From positions 3,038,001 through 3,102,000 of the forward strand of contig OZ361257.1 in assembly GCA_977018835.1 (NCBI GenBank): DNA of 64,000 nucleotides. Direction: 5' to 3'. This document shows, one piece after another, positions 48,565 through 60,884 of the stretch. Within the stretch, counting starts at the first letter, position 1. Each line of letters begins with the position of its first letter. Origin of the DNA: Minutocellus sp. GHC0000111 (Eukaryota). The notes under the pieces were generated by a model, which worked only from the letters and a program-made list of their open reading frames with translations, searched no databases and was not told where the DNA came from. A program made the position numbers and the translations under genes.

Positions 48565-50482
48565 CTACGGCGCCGCCCCTGGCCCTACTACGGCGCCGCC
48601 CCTGGCCCGACGCATGATGATCGGAACCAAAGACGGAGATCGGAATTCTGTACAGCTGCTCCGACCCGTACATACCTCGGCAAGTTGAGTGAATCCATGA
48701 TCCTCGATTTCCTGCTCGAGGAGGTCCCTGCTGTTGGGGTAGCCGGAGTGCCTATTCCTGTCCACGATCATGAAGAGAGGCTTCTTCCTCGATTGCGATG
48801 CGGCATAGCGGAGCCACTTGCGCATGATCCTCCTAGCCTTGTCGATGACGTAGGGTGGATATTCGAGGGCCAACTTGCCATACACCTCATCCATTGTCTT
48901 GGCATCAGGGAAGATGATGTGCTCAACGGTATCCTCCCAATTACCCTCCCCAACAATGAACTCCGTGATGCATATCTTGCTAGATAGCAAGTCGCCGAAC
49001 AAAGCCGTCTTCCAGCTCGCTACTGCGCACGTCTCCACATCATGGTCGCATTCATCCAGCTGCAGGGTTTCATCCAGGATCGGGCGAAGGGCCTCGAAGG
49101 CTTCGCGAACCATGGTCTCACGCTTCTCCAGGACGTCAACGTCGACGGTCATGGACTCGAGGATGCGACCGGGAAGATTGCACATGCGCTGGACGCCATA
49201 CTCCAGGAGGCCCGAGAGCATCTTCTTGTCCAGACCGAGGCCACCGGCACGCTCATCTCTCAAGAATCGCTCAAGGCGATGGTAGAAAGGATGGACCTTG
49301 TCGTCAACACGGATGTCGTCCCAGAGGTCGTGGTATACCTTCACAGCCTCCTGGTCCATCGGGCATGCCGTCGATACGGAAGATCATACGGACAACAACG
49401 TCGTCGTCGTCATTGTAGCCCAGCTCCTTGCGAGTCCTGAACGTGGACGCATAGCCGACCTTGAGCAGAGTTCCGTCGCTGCGGCGGTACACGGCGTAGA
49501 TGACGCACGAGACGGTGTTGTCACGGGTCTTGCGCTCCTTGATATCATGGATAGCGTCGGACCGCGGATTGAGGAGGAGGGGATCAATGATCTTGACCAG
49601 TTTGGCTGAATACCGACGAGCAATATTTTCATCGAGGTGTTCTCGTCCGAGGAGGAGGATGGGAACCACGGTAATGGTAGACTTGTCATCGTCATCATCA
49701 TACATGTAGTCAGCCTCCTCCTCGTCGACTTCCGATTCCGATCCCCATTCCTCCAAAGGGTGCATGGTGCAAGGGCTCATTGAGCTCAAATGCCTGCCGT
49801 CGGATTCGGTAAATATCATTCTCCTAATCCTATCAATCTCCGTCTGAGCACTTCGTAGTATGCCCCCTCCCCCTTCTTCATCATCAGAGGACACATCTGC
49901 ATCGAATACATCAGCAAAGTCCGGCTCATTGTTGGCTGCTTTCAAAGCGTACTCGTCGGCAGTGGAATCTTCCATGCGCTGCTTCTTGACAGGACGCTGT
50001 GCCCCAGGTACATCCTGAGGGGAGGTATTGGAAGTTGCAAGAGTCGTATTGGAATCGCTGGTGGGGGCAGCCTCAGCCGAGAATGTAGGCTCAGTATTGG
50101 TATTGTCGAGGATGGTCTCAGTGGTGGCAGTGGCAGAAGTAGTGGCAGTGGCAGTGGAGGAGGAGGAGGGGAGGGTAGCGGTTAACGAGGACAAGGAGGG
50201 GGCCAATGCCATAGCAGTCGTACCAGAGGACGCAGGGGCAGCAGCAGCATTGGAAGGAGTTCGAAACGTCGTTGAGCTGGAAGTTGTTGGCGTAGTTGAG
50301 GAGGTGTTGGGGTCAATTGGTTGCATGGCAGTGGTCTTGGCCTTCCCCTTCCCCTTCTTTCGTGACTTGATCGACCTGCCACGATGCATCTTGCCATGGC
50401 CACCGTCTCGTACTGCGGATTTGAGGTCCGGATCCCACATGGATCCCTTGGGGGGCGCGGCGTCCCTGTGATATCTCGGCAT
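48565..50482 (-). CDS. Orphan protein with a possible GIY-YIG/T5orf172-like motif; frameshift near 49360
   Basis: Two abutting ORFs (392 and 264 aa), a low-complexity N-terminus and VIYAVYRRSDGTLLKVGYASTFRTR. Confidence 0.5.
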
Positions 50483-51806
50483 GGGTTCAAATGATCATGC
50501 AGCAGCAACGGCTAAAAGTAGAAAGTAGAGAGAGGAATGGCAACGTACCAGTACGTGAGCTGGTGACTTCAACAACAGCATAATACCACGGCAACAACGA
50601 CTAATAACAACTAAGGCAACATACCTGTGGGTGGATGGTGCAGTAACGTCCTGTATTGGTGGAGCAGTTGCTTGGCTTAACTTGATACTCGGTGTTGTAT
50701 TGTGGCTGGCTGAGTAAGCTGCGTGACTGGACTCGCTTGCGTGTGCACGGATGAGCACTGTATTTTTTGAATATGAAATGAGACCACCACCACATTATTC
50801 TCATTCTTCCCGCAAAAGCAGGCACGTCCGATGACCACAATAAGCGCACCCATGCTGCTACGAGCCTAGCTAGCTACTACGTAGCTAGCTAGCGCCACTC
50901 GAATGCAGCGCTAGCTACGTAGGTGCAGCAGCCAAATCAAGGCAAAGTAGCAGCGGTCAGCCAATGCGGCCGAGCAGCCGCTAGCGTCGGAGCACCACAG
51001 GCCCAGGCAGTCCCCCGAATATCAGCCAACCACCACGGCAAAAGGATCGACGGTACGAGCAGGCCAGATAGATGCGACCATGGCATCCACAATCCACAAT
51101 CCATCACAATCGTCAGCGTTGAGGGACTTGGCCATTCGTTGGCATTCATTTCATGCCGCATTGGGATTGTGCCGCAACAAGCGCATTGTAGCAACACTAT
51201 TGCCTCCAACACCCAGCGCCAAAGCGATAGCTTTCGGCATGGTTGGCACCGGTGGTATGGTACGAGGCGAGGAGGCGAGAGGGTCGAGGGAGAGCGGTAT
51301 GAAGTATGAGGCGGTTTGCGGTCGGCCCGTCGACGGACGACGGCCAGACCTATTTTTTAAATCAAAATCGGCCCGCGCCGAACGAACCAAATTGCAGCAA
51401 TGGAGAGAAAGAGGATGCCCACCAACACCTCTGCCACCATTAGGGTTAGGGTAAAAGCTTTAGAACATGTCATAGCTAGGGTTAGAGGAAGAAGAGCCAT
51501 GTGATTAGGGTTACAAAGAGGGAAAGCAATGAGGAGAGAAGTCAGTTTCCATCACTCAACAGGCTGTTTCTCAGTCAATTTTGGTCAGACGAAGCTCCCG
51601 AATGAACCAAAAGAATGCCCAGAGCAAGAAGAAGAGGAAGGGGGACACAAAAAAGAGCTTGGCATTAGACTACCGTTCTAGATCTAGCTAGTCTATATCT
51701 AGCTAGAAACTTGCCTGTGGTTAGTTTTACGTGCACGTAGCGGCGCTACAGGCACTGCTACCGGTGCAAACTACAACTGCACACAATGGCCAATAAATTC
51801 TTCTCT

Positions 51807-52757
51807 CTACTTCTTCTCCCTGAGCTTGCTGGCAACCAAAACGAAGGTAGAGCCATTGGCCTTCTTCCGAGAGAGCGTTTTGAGGTGCTTGCCGACAATT
51901 TCAATGTCCCATCCGTACGGGGGCCTGTTGGCGGGAGTCTGCCGAGCGTAGACCGGGTCCTTGTCGTAGTCTCTGGGAACTCGGCTCCGGACCATGTTGC
52001 ACTTCATGCGGTAGACAGGATAGGATGCGCCGTTGTGCTTGGGGTTGGAACTCGCGATGGTGGCTGGCATGACGCTCGGAAAGGACTGCTTCTCATCGAG
52101 GAGCCAAAAGCGAGCGCCAATGCGGAGCTTGTACAGGGGAGCAATCGACTCACTGTTCTCCTCGATCTCCTCGTTCCTGTGGTTGCGGGCACCGGCGTTG
52201 CCGACATTGGCCATCATAGAGGCCTTCTTCTTCTCGACGAGCTTGAGAGTCTTCGAGCCAGGTACCAGCCAATCACTGGTGAGGAGACGATAGCGAGTGT
52301 GCCGTCCACTGGTGCCAACATCCCGCAAGAAGTCCTCGTGAGCATCCTCCATCGCTGCATTGAACTCGGCAATGCTGCTAGCCCTGGTGAAGCGCACGCA
52401 GGCTCGAATGACGACGTCGTTGTCATCGACGCGGGTAGACTTGTTGTTGGTAATGGCCTCGAGAGTACCCTTGGAGCTGTACTTGCCTCTGTTGCCAAGG
52501 GGGCGTTCATCGTCATTGGGGGCGACTGGTAGGTTGGATTCCAGGATGGCGTTGATCGAGTTGTCGGAAATCGTCTCAGGGACAACCTGCGATTCCTCCC
52601 CCACCTTGTGCCCCAATCCAACACCAATCCGCCAGGAGAGTTCATCAATCCCACGCCTGTGTGCCGCCCTTGGGGGCTGGTGAGCGTGCCACAGTACGGA
52701 GATGCGCTCGAATCTTTTCGCTTGCGTATGCACGGATGAGCCTTGAATTTTTTGCAC
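51807..52757 (-). CDS. Orphan ORF (316 aa; start uncertain), copy 1
   Basis: Long ORF with coding-like composition inside the repeat unit; no family recognised. Confidence 0.5.
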   Translation of the reverse strand: MQKIQGSSVHTQAKRFERISVLWHAHQPPRAAHRRGIDELSWRIGVGLGHKVGEESQVVPETISDNSINAILESNLPVAPNDDERPLGNRGKYSSKGTLEAITNNKSTRVDDNDVVIRACVRFTRASSIAEFNAAMEDAHEDFLRDVGTSGRHTRYRLLTSDWLVPGSKTLKLVEKKKASMMANVGNAGARNHRNEEIEENSESIAPLYKLRIGARFWLLDEKQSFPSVMPATIASSNPKHNGASYPVYRMKCNMVRSRVPRDYDKDPVYARQTPANRPPYGWDIEIVGKHLKTLSRKKANGSTFVLVASKLREKK

Positions 52758-53774
52758 ATGAATGAGACCACCGCCACACTATTCTCATTCTTCCCGCAAA
52801 AGCAGGCACATCCGATGGCCATAATAAGCGCACACATGACACTACGTAGCTAGCACTGGCCTAGCTGTAGCGAGTCTGGTACTCATAGCGCCACTCGAAT
52901 GCAGCGCTAGCTCTAGCTAGGTGCAGAGCCAATGCGGCCGAGCAGCCGCTAGCGTCGGAGCACCACAGGCCCAGGCAGTCCCCCGAATATCAGCCAACCA
53001 CCACGGCAAAAGGATCGACGGTACGAGCAGGCCAGATAGATGCGACCATGGCATCCACAATCCACAATCCATCACAATCGTCAGCGTTGAGGGACTTGGC
53101 CATTCGTTGGCATTCATTTCATGCCGCATTGGGATTGTGCCGCAACAAGCGCATTGTAGCAACACTATTGCCTCCAACACCCAGCGCCAAAGCGATAGCT
53201 TTCGGCATGGTTGGCACCGGTGGTATGGTACGAGGCGAGGAGGCGAGAGGGTCGAGGGAGAGCGGTATGAAGTATGAGGCGGTTTGCGGTCGGCCCGTCG
53301 ACGGACGACGGCCAGACCTATTTTTTAAATCAAAATCGGCCCGCGCCGAACGAACCAAATTGCAGCAATGGAGAGAAAGAGGATGCCCACCAACACCTCT
53401 GCCACCATTAGGGTTAGGGTAAAAGCTTTAGAACATGTCATAGCTAGGGTTAGAGGAAGAAGAGCCATGTGATTAGGGTTACAAAGAGGGAAAGCAATGA
53501 GGAGAGAAGTCAGTTTCCATCACTCAACAGGCTGTTTCTCAGTCAATTTTGGTCAGACGAAGCTCCCGAATGAACCAAAAGAATGCCCAGAGCAAGAAGA
53601 AGAGGAAGGGGGACACAAAAAAGAGCTTGGCATTAGACTACCGTTCTAGATCTAGCTAGTCTATATCTAGCTAGAAACTTGCCTGTGGTTAGTTTTACGT
53701 GCACGTAGCGGCGCTACAGGCACTGCTACCGGTGCAAACTACAACTGCACACAATGGCCAATAAATTCTTCTCT

Positions 53775-54725
53775 CTACTTCTTCTCCCTGAGCTTGCTGG
53801 CAACCAAAACGAAGGTAGAGCCATTGGCCTTCTTCCGAGAGAGCGTTTTGAGGTGCTTGCCGACAATTTCAATGTCCCATCCGTACGGGGGCCTGTTGGC
53901 GGGAGTCTGCCGAGCGTAGACCGGGTCCTTGTCGTAGTCTCTGGGAACTCGGCTCCGGACCATGTTGCACTTCATGCGGTAGACAGGATAGGATGCGCCG
54001 TTGTGCTTGGGGTTGGAACTCGCGATGGTGGCTGGCATGACGCTCGGAAAGGACTGCTTCTCATCGAGGAGCCAAAAGCGAGCGCCAATGCGGAGCTTGT
54101 ACAGGGGAGCAATCGACTCACTGTTCTCCTCGATCTCCTCGTTCCTGTGGTTGCGGGCACCGGCGTTGCCGACATTGGCCATCATAGAGGCCTTCTTCTT
54201 CTCGACGAGCTTGAGAGTCTTCGAGCCAGGTACCAGCCAATCACTGGTGAGGAGACGATAGCGAGTGTGCCGTCCACTGGTGCCAACATCCCGCAAGAAG
54301 TCCTCGTGAGCATCCTCCATCGCTGCATTGAACTCGGCAATGCTGCTAGCCCTGGTGAAGCGCACGCAGGCTCGAATGACGACGTCGTTGTCATCGACGC
54401 GGGTAGACTTGTTGTTGGTAATGGCCTCGAGAGTACCCTTGGAGCTGTACTTGCCTCTGTTGCCAAGGGGGCGTTCATCGTCATTGGGGGCGACTGGTAG
54501 GTTGGATTCCAGGATGGCGTTGATCGAGTCGTCGGAAATCGTCTCAGGGACAACCTGCGATTCCTCCCCCACCTTGTGCCCCAATCCAACACCAATCCGC
54601 CAGGAGAGTTCATCAATCCCACGCCTGTGTGCCGCCCTTGGGGGCTGGTGAGCGTGCCACAGTACGGAGATGCGCTCGAATCTTTTCGCTTGCGTATGCA
54701 CGGATGAGCCTTGTATTTTTTGCAC
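53775..54725 (-). CDS. Orphan ORF (316 aa; start uncertain), copy 2
   Basis: Identical to copy 1 except for one N/D change. Confidence 0.5.
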   Translation of the reverse strand: MQKIQGSSVHTQAKRFERISVLWHAHQPPRAAHRRGIDELSWRIGVGLGHKVGEESQVVPETISDDSINAILESNLPVAPNDDERPLGNRGKYSSKGTLEAITNNKSTRVDDNDVVIRACVRFTRASSIAEFNAAMEDAHEDFLRDVGTSGRHTRYRLLTSDWLVPGSKTLKLVEKKKASMMANVGNAGARNHRNEEIEENSESIAPLYKLRIGARFWLLDEKQSFPSVMPATIASSNPKHNGASYPVYRMKCNMVRSRVPRDYDKDPVYARQTPANRPPYGWDIEIVGKHLKTLSRKKANGSTFVLVASKLREKK

Positions 54726-55594
54726 ATGAATGAGACCACCGCCACACTATTCTCATTCTTCCCGCAAAAGCAGGCACATCCGATGGCCATAATAAGCGCA
54801 CACATGACACTACGTAGCTAGCACTGGCCTAGCTGTAGCGAGTCTGGTACTCATAGCGCCACTCGAATGCAGCGCTAGCTCTAGCTAGGTGCAGAGCCAA
54901 TGCGGCCGAGCAGCCGCTAGCGTCGGAGCACCACAGGCCCAGGCAGTCCCCCGAATATCAGCCAACCACCACGGCAAAAGGATCGACGGTACGAGCAGGC
55001 CAGATAGATGCGACCATGGCATCCACAATCCACAATCCATCACAATCGTCAGCGTTGAGGGACTTGGCCATTCGTTGGCATTCATTTCATGCCGCATTGG
55101 GATTGTGCCGCAACAAGCGCATTGTAGCAACACTATTGCCTCCAACACCCAGCGCCAAAGCGATAGCTTTCGGCATGGTTGGCACCGGTGGTATGGTACG
55201 AGGCGAGGAGGCGAGAGGGTCGATGGGAGCGGTCCGGCAAGTATGAGGCGGTTTGCGGTCGGCCCGTCGACGGACGACGGCCAGACCTATTTTTTAAATC
55301 AAAATCGGCCCGCGCCAAACGAACCAAATTGCAGCAATGGAGAGAAAGAGGACGCCCACCCTCTACCACCATTAGGGTTAGGGTAAAAGCTTTAGAACAT
55401 GTCATAGCTAGGGTTAGAGGAAGAAGAGCCATGTGATTAGCGTTACAAAGAGGGAAAGCAATGAGGAGAGAGGTCAGTTTCCATCACTCAACAGGCTGTT
55501 TCTCTCAGTCAGTTTTGGTCGGTCTGACGAAGCTCCCGAAAGAACCAAAAGAATGCCCAGAGCAAGAAGAAGAGGAAGGGGGGCACAAAAACTG

Positions 55595-55666
55595 AGCCGT
55601 CACCGTGGATCGAACACGGGGCCTTTTCATTACAAGTGGAATGCACTACCACTGTGCTACAACGGC
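55595..55666 (-). tRNA. trnT: tRNA-Thr(UGU)
   Basis: The reverse strand folds as GCCGTTG-TA-GCAC AGTGGTA GTGC-A-TTCCA CTTGTAA TGAAA-AGGCC-CCGTG TTCGATC CACGG-TGACGGC-T and is followed by a T5 Pol III terminator. The anticodon stem has one mismatch. Confidence 0.85.
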
Positions 55667-56048
55667 AATTGTCGTGACGAAGCGATTTTTTGTTTTATCT
55701 AAAGTGTGCGCCATGTTGTGCTGCTTGCGTTTCGGCGGCTCGGCTGTCTCCGTCGGCGGTGCTTCATTTTTGTCTGCTGACTGCTGCGTCCACCACACAC
55801 GTCCTGCCTGTTGTGTTGCCCCCTGCTAACTACAACTGTTGCCAACCCACCTACATGTGCTGCCACGCGTAGAAGCTGCTTTGCCACCAAGACACACATG
55901 TAGCAAGCAAGCAAGAACCGTTTTGTCCAATCCCCTCTCTCTGTGCAGGCACCCCTCTCTGTGTGTGCACAGAGGAGTCACGCCTCTCAAAAAAAGAAGA
56001 ACAACAACTCAACACCAGCCAGCCACGCTTTTTTTCACAAAAAAACTG

Positions 56049-56264
<216 letters not shown>

Positions 56265-56919
56265 CACTGACACTCACAACCAATGCCCGGCACCAAGCAA
56301 AAAAGGCAGATGGTTCCCCACAAGACTTCACTGAAGGAAGTGAGCAAAGGCCTCTCTTGGATGGACTCGTTCGTTCATTGTTTGTTGCAAAGCTTGCTTG
56401 CTGAGGTTTTTGAGAGAGAGAGAGCCGGCTTGTTCACAACGACGCGTCAGTCAGCAACACCAACGAGGTTGTTGTTGCAAAGCTAGCAGCATGACCACAA
56501 CGACCACGGAGCAGCCTCTTCTTGTTGCGCCGCCTTGGCTGACTCCATTTTGCCGCAACACACGGCTTCACCCTGCCTGAGAGTGCTCTCTTCCTTGTCG
56601 TGCGAGACGCTCTCGGCTCTGTCGTCACTCACGCCACCACCACCACCAGAGACCACCACCACTGCTGCTCTCTCGTTGGCGCGTCGTCTGCCAACAACCC
56701 CGCCGTCCATGTCCCAACTTGCGCGCACGTCCGCCTCAAGGGGAGGTTGTTGCTGGTGCGACGACGAATGCTCAAGACAATGTCGACGACCGAGACGATC
56801 CCATCGACGACTCCTTTTTTTGCTCTGTGTTCCAGGGCTACCGGGGAGCACCGTTTCGACCACCAGCCCATCATCGATGATGGCAATGTTGAGCCGGGAG
56901 ATGCCTACCCCTACGTTCG

Positions 56920-57115
56920 ATGTTTCAGATCACCTTAAGCTTCAGAAGCGCTCTCACCTTCCTCTCAACTACCACATGTGCCGAGAAGCCCAGGCCTCTG
57001 GCATCATCAACTTTGCTCACATTGATGGCAAGGACAATCCCGCTGATGTCCTTTTTTACCAAGAATCGTTCATCCAAGGAGTGGTTCGCTCTTCTCAAGC
57101 CTTTGATTTTCTGCC
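56920..57115 (+). mobile_element. Ty1/Copia LTR retrotransposon remnant (RNase H C-terminus)
   Basis: KLQKR..L.YH.CREAQASGIINFAHIDGKDNPADVL-TK...LLKPLIF matches the end of Copia pol. Confidence 0.85.
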
Positions 57116-60100
57116 GAGTTGGTCCGGCTTTAGGTGACCCCACATGTAGCCAGGCTGGTGCTGAAGTGACCCCTCACACGCCGGCCGGCCAAGCCAATTA
57201 TCTCGCACAGTGCAAGAAAAATGACACTCCTTAAAAAATCATGCTTTCTCAAAAATACCCAAATAGTTGATACAAGGGGGTGCTCAGTACTTCCTTCGTC
57301 CGTTGTCCGACCACTTGTGCTGCTTCAGAGACCTGCTGGAAACGCCATTTCTCAACGCATCACTTTTCGACCATGGCGTATTAGTAAAATCCCACGCCGC
57401 CGCAGGCAATCGTCCGAGGTGGGGGATACTGGTGCACCCCCGCACGCCTATGGAGTGTGTCTCCGGCGCCGATTTCTGGCCTCAAAAGATGCGGCCGATG
57501 CCTGTGAAAAAAATATATGCGATCAACGCCGACGACGGCGACCTCCACGAAAGTAGCCGACGGCTACCTTCACGTACTTGTACCCAGAGGATGCCATGAA
57601 GGAGGTGGACGAAGAAAGATCCATGGCTAATTCTGCACGCCATGATACAGCAGAGAGGAACGATCTGGGTCTCCGGTGACAAGGGGACCTGAAATGGACT
57701 CATTTCCACCTGGATGCATCAAAAGCGCACATTTGGAGGAAGTTTCTCGGTGGTTCCAATATTGGTTTTGGGGTGCCAGCAACAGATGTAGGGCCGGTAT
57801 GGACGGAACCAGGGTCTCAATAGCCGAGGTATGTAGTAATGAATTGATTTCTAACCATTGACTGTTCGCTGATCGAGCATGTGTTGTTTAGATCTCACGT
57901 GTTCACATGTAAAACCAAAAGTTCTCGATTCTCATCAACTTCTTCTTTTCTTTCAACTTTTCATGCTAGGAGCACATTTGGGCGTTCCCACGGAAGCTCG
58001 GGCTGATGGCAACCTGGTGCATATATGAGACGAAGGGCTTGGGCTTTCAAAGCAGCATAGGATGAGATACTCATCGAAAACATTGAATCCTAGGCTTGCG
58101 CCCTCGAAGATTTGTGTCAAAAAGCATCCATTTTTGAGACGATGCGGCCTTGTAGTAACCCACAAAACAAGTCCAAGGTCCTCTCGTAGGGGTATCAATC
58201 GATTATTCATACCAAGCGACTCCGTTTGACTGATCCCCACAACACAGCTCCTATTTTTTGTAATTTGCTAACAATGTTGGTGCTTTGGGTGCGGCCTTGA
58301 ACATTTCGGTGCAGTGCCCGGTCAGTTTATAGTAACGTATAAAACTGGCCTAGCAATCAATTCTACTGCAGCTACAACCAGTTGGAGGCCACTAGATATA
58401 CACTAGAATAAAACTATAAATGGGAGATGCTAAGCTAGGGATGAATTGTTACGCTACTAAGCTCCAAACTTTGTGGAGGTCGACGAGAATGATAAAAGTT
58501 ACCCTCCAAAAATGAAAACATGGCGTAGTTTGGCCGAACTATTGTCCCAATTGCCAGAAAAATGCTATTGAACCTCGGCGTACATGTACGACGTCCGTAC
58601 GGAGACCTTTCAACCGCCAAAATGGGCTATCTTCATGTACCTGTGGCGAATGTGATGTTGCGGTGGAGAAGTTGTGGAGAATCTGGAAGTTCTGGTTTTA
58701 CTTGTCATCATGTGAGAATGCAATGGGTTGCCAATACCAACAGGACAATCCACACATACAATTCCATTCTTTAGTACATACCTTGGCAGGATTGAATCAG
58801 AATCAGTACCCCAGGGTTCAGTTTCAACAACTATTGTACCTCATCTGATTTTGCCGCATGTTCCAACACCGAAAAATTTACCATAATTCCACAAAGCCCC
58901 AACAAAATGATCCACTTACTGATGCCGAACCCGCAGAAGGAGCACATCGATCGCTCTAGTAGATATATGGGAGCGAAATATCCATGGGCGCGAATCACAT
59001 CACGTCGGCTTGGTGTCCGCCACCAGCCAATTCGACCTCGAGGGCCGTTTTTGCGACGAAGTCAAATTCTTGATTTTTGAGACGGCATCGGCGTTTCGCG
59101 ACTGTTGCACATGCGAACTCGAAACCACTGCCTCACCGCCGCTCGGAACTACCATCGGAGCGATCATTCAAGTCGTCAAAGGTGGGAAATCTCTCATCAA
59201 CTCGATGTCACCGTTACTATTCTCCACGATTGTAGCTGTCGTGGAGGTCGAGGTCGACCGACAACGTGCGCCGGTAGTCGATTTTCACAAGTTTTATGAG
59301 CTGGACGCTCGGAACTAAGGCTCTCTAGCTAAGATGCACACACAGAGAAGAGATACTGAGGTGGGCGTGGTGGTTGCGTATCATCTTGGTGGTCATTTGA
59401 GCACATCATGTGTCGGGGTGGAGAAAAAATGGGAAGGAAATGGCACAGTCTGAGGTTAAAGTACACGCGCCAAGCTGAAATTGGAATCAGTACTGTTCTA
59501 CGGAGGTTTCCCGTAGGCGCGAAAATGCTGATTTTCCCCTCAATTTCTGGAATCATCACGTGTGCGAAACACCGCGAGAAAGCCCTAATCAAGAAGTATG
59601 TGGGGGCATCATCAAAGCTATGATTAGTTCTGTTACCTGTAATTCTGGCACCTTTGTTCTGTTTCAGGGGAAGCGCCCCGTAGGCTGGAGTTTTTTGTAC
59701 TGAAAAAAATCTGTTCATTTTTTCATAGTCCGCGCCGGCCGGCCAAAAGTACTTACCAGTAACCCTGGCTACATGTCGCCACTTGACCCCGAAAAGTAAC
59801 AATTCGTCTTTCCGTCGCCCGCGCTTCAACGCGGCGAAGCATGGGAAAAGTCGCAAATTACCGCCGGACCAACTTCTCCCCAGAATTATGGAGAAAAGAC
59901 TGCTGCGAGCAAGCCATCTGCGCGCGGGTCACACATCTACACTTGATGGAGATTTCTGACCAAGAAGGTCCGGCTCAAAAATTCGCAGTGCAAAGAGGGG
60001 AGAAAATCACGCACAAAAAACGACGACGACGCACGAAATTTTGCTCTCATTGGCGGCCGATGCGGGGGCGGATACGAACAAAAACCACAACAATCAACCA

Positions 60101-60490
60101 TACAAACATTTTCATACATATCTTGGTCGTGAATCTCTGCATTTCTGGGTGGATTGGGCGACTGTGGCTCTCACGGTATCACTTCTCATCCGCGGCCCTT
60201 TTTCGCGTACTCCAACACAGGTTGATTGTTTTGATTTATATTTTCTCATACAATAACAGTGCAATGAAGCTGAAACTTTCGCATACGTAGCGCAATGGTA
60301 TCGGCCAGCCTCGGGAATGCCCATATCTTACCTTGCAAATGTGTAGCGGCCAGGAGCGGGGGTCACCATGATGAGCTTCGTTCGGGAGAAAAAATGGATG
60401 AACGACGGTCTTTCCGTCGTCCGAATATGCGAGCAAAGTTAGCGGAAATGCGAATGTTACCAAGTGGCTCACCTAAAATGGGACCAACTC
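57116..60490. mobile_element. Non-autonomous DNA element with GAGTTGGTCC termini, inserted into Copia pol
   Basis: The left end is GAGTTGGTCCGGCTTTAGGTGA and the right end (rc) is GAGTTGGTCCCATTTTAGGTGA, flanked by TGCC and TGGC. Removing the insert restores ...LIF-W-RSD. Confidence 0.8.
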
Positions 60491-60600
60491 TGGCGTTCGG
60501 ATTCTAAGAACGCTGATGGCACCCATGATGGCAGCCACATTGTCGAGGGGAGTGACATTCGGTCGCCTGCTGCGGCCCCATCCTCGGGTGTTGGGCACAA
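60491..60600 (+). mobile_element. Copia continuation: pol 3' end, polypurine tract (60545-60552) and start of the 3' LTR (TG at 60553); LTR end not determined
   Basis: GAGGGGAG is followed immediately by TGACA, shortly after the restored FWRSD. Confidence 0.7.
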
Positions 60601-60884
60601 GCGTTTGCGCTTCTACCAGATGTTTCCTCGCCGGACTTAGTTCCGGGTCCCCCCATGCTTTCTCGTTCGTTGCAATTGTTGTTGCCACACCACGCCTTCT
60701 TTGTTCGAGAACAACTGTTCTTTATGTTCTATCTTTCTTTCTTCTTTGATCCTGTCCTTTGATAGCTTTAATTACTAACATGCTGTTGAGTGTAGTCGTG
60801 CGGAGAGCCATCTACCGCTGGTGCCGTGTGTGTCGGTTGTCACTGTTAGCAGCCAATGGGGGCGCGCATTGCTACACCAGACCA

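Larger units (their letters stand above)
50959..55591. repeat. Tandem array with a 1968-bp unit (50959-52926, 52927-54894, partial third unit 54895-55591)
   Basis: ORFs recur at a +1968 offset (51807/53775, 51786/53754). Units 1 and 2 differ at only a few bases. Confidence 0.95.

Noticed and set aside
8715..49365. Programmed frameshifting at about 8720, 20826 and 49360
   Set aside because: No slippery heptamers are evident. Isolated indels are better explained by assembly error or mutation.
50959..55591. CRISPR array or integron
   Set aside because: The units are about 2 kb, with no short repeat-spacer pattern, cas gene or integrase, and the context is eukaryotic.
48565..55591. Penelope-like retroelement (GIY-YIG plus tandem repeats plus telomeric motifs)
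   Set aside because: No reverse transcriptase motifs are visible in any frame.
57500..59320. Possible captured gene or transposase inside the nested element
   Set aside because: The frames are broken by many stops and no motif could be identified.
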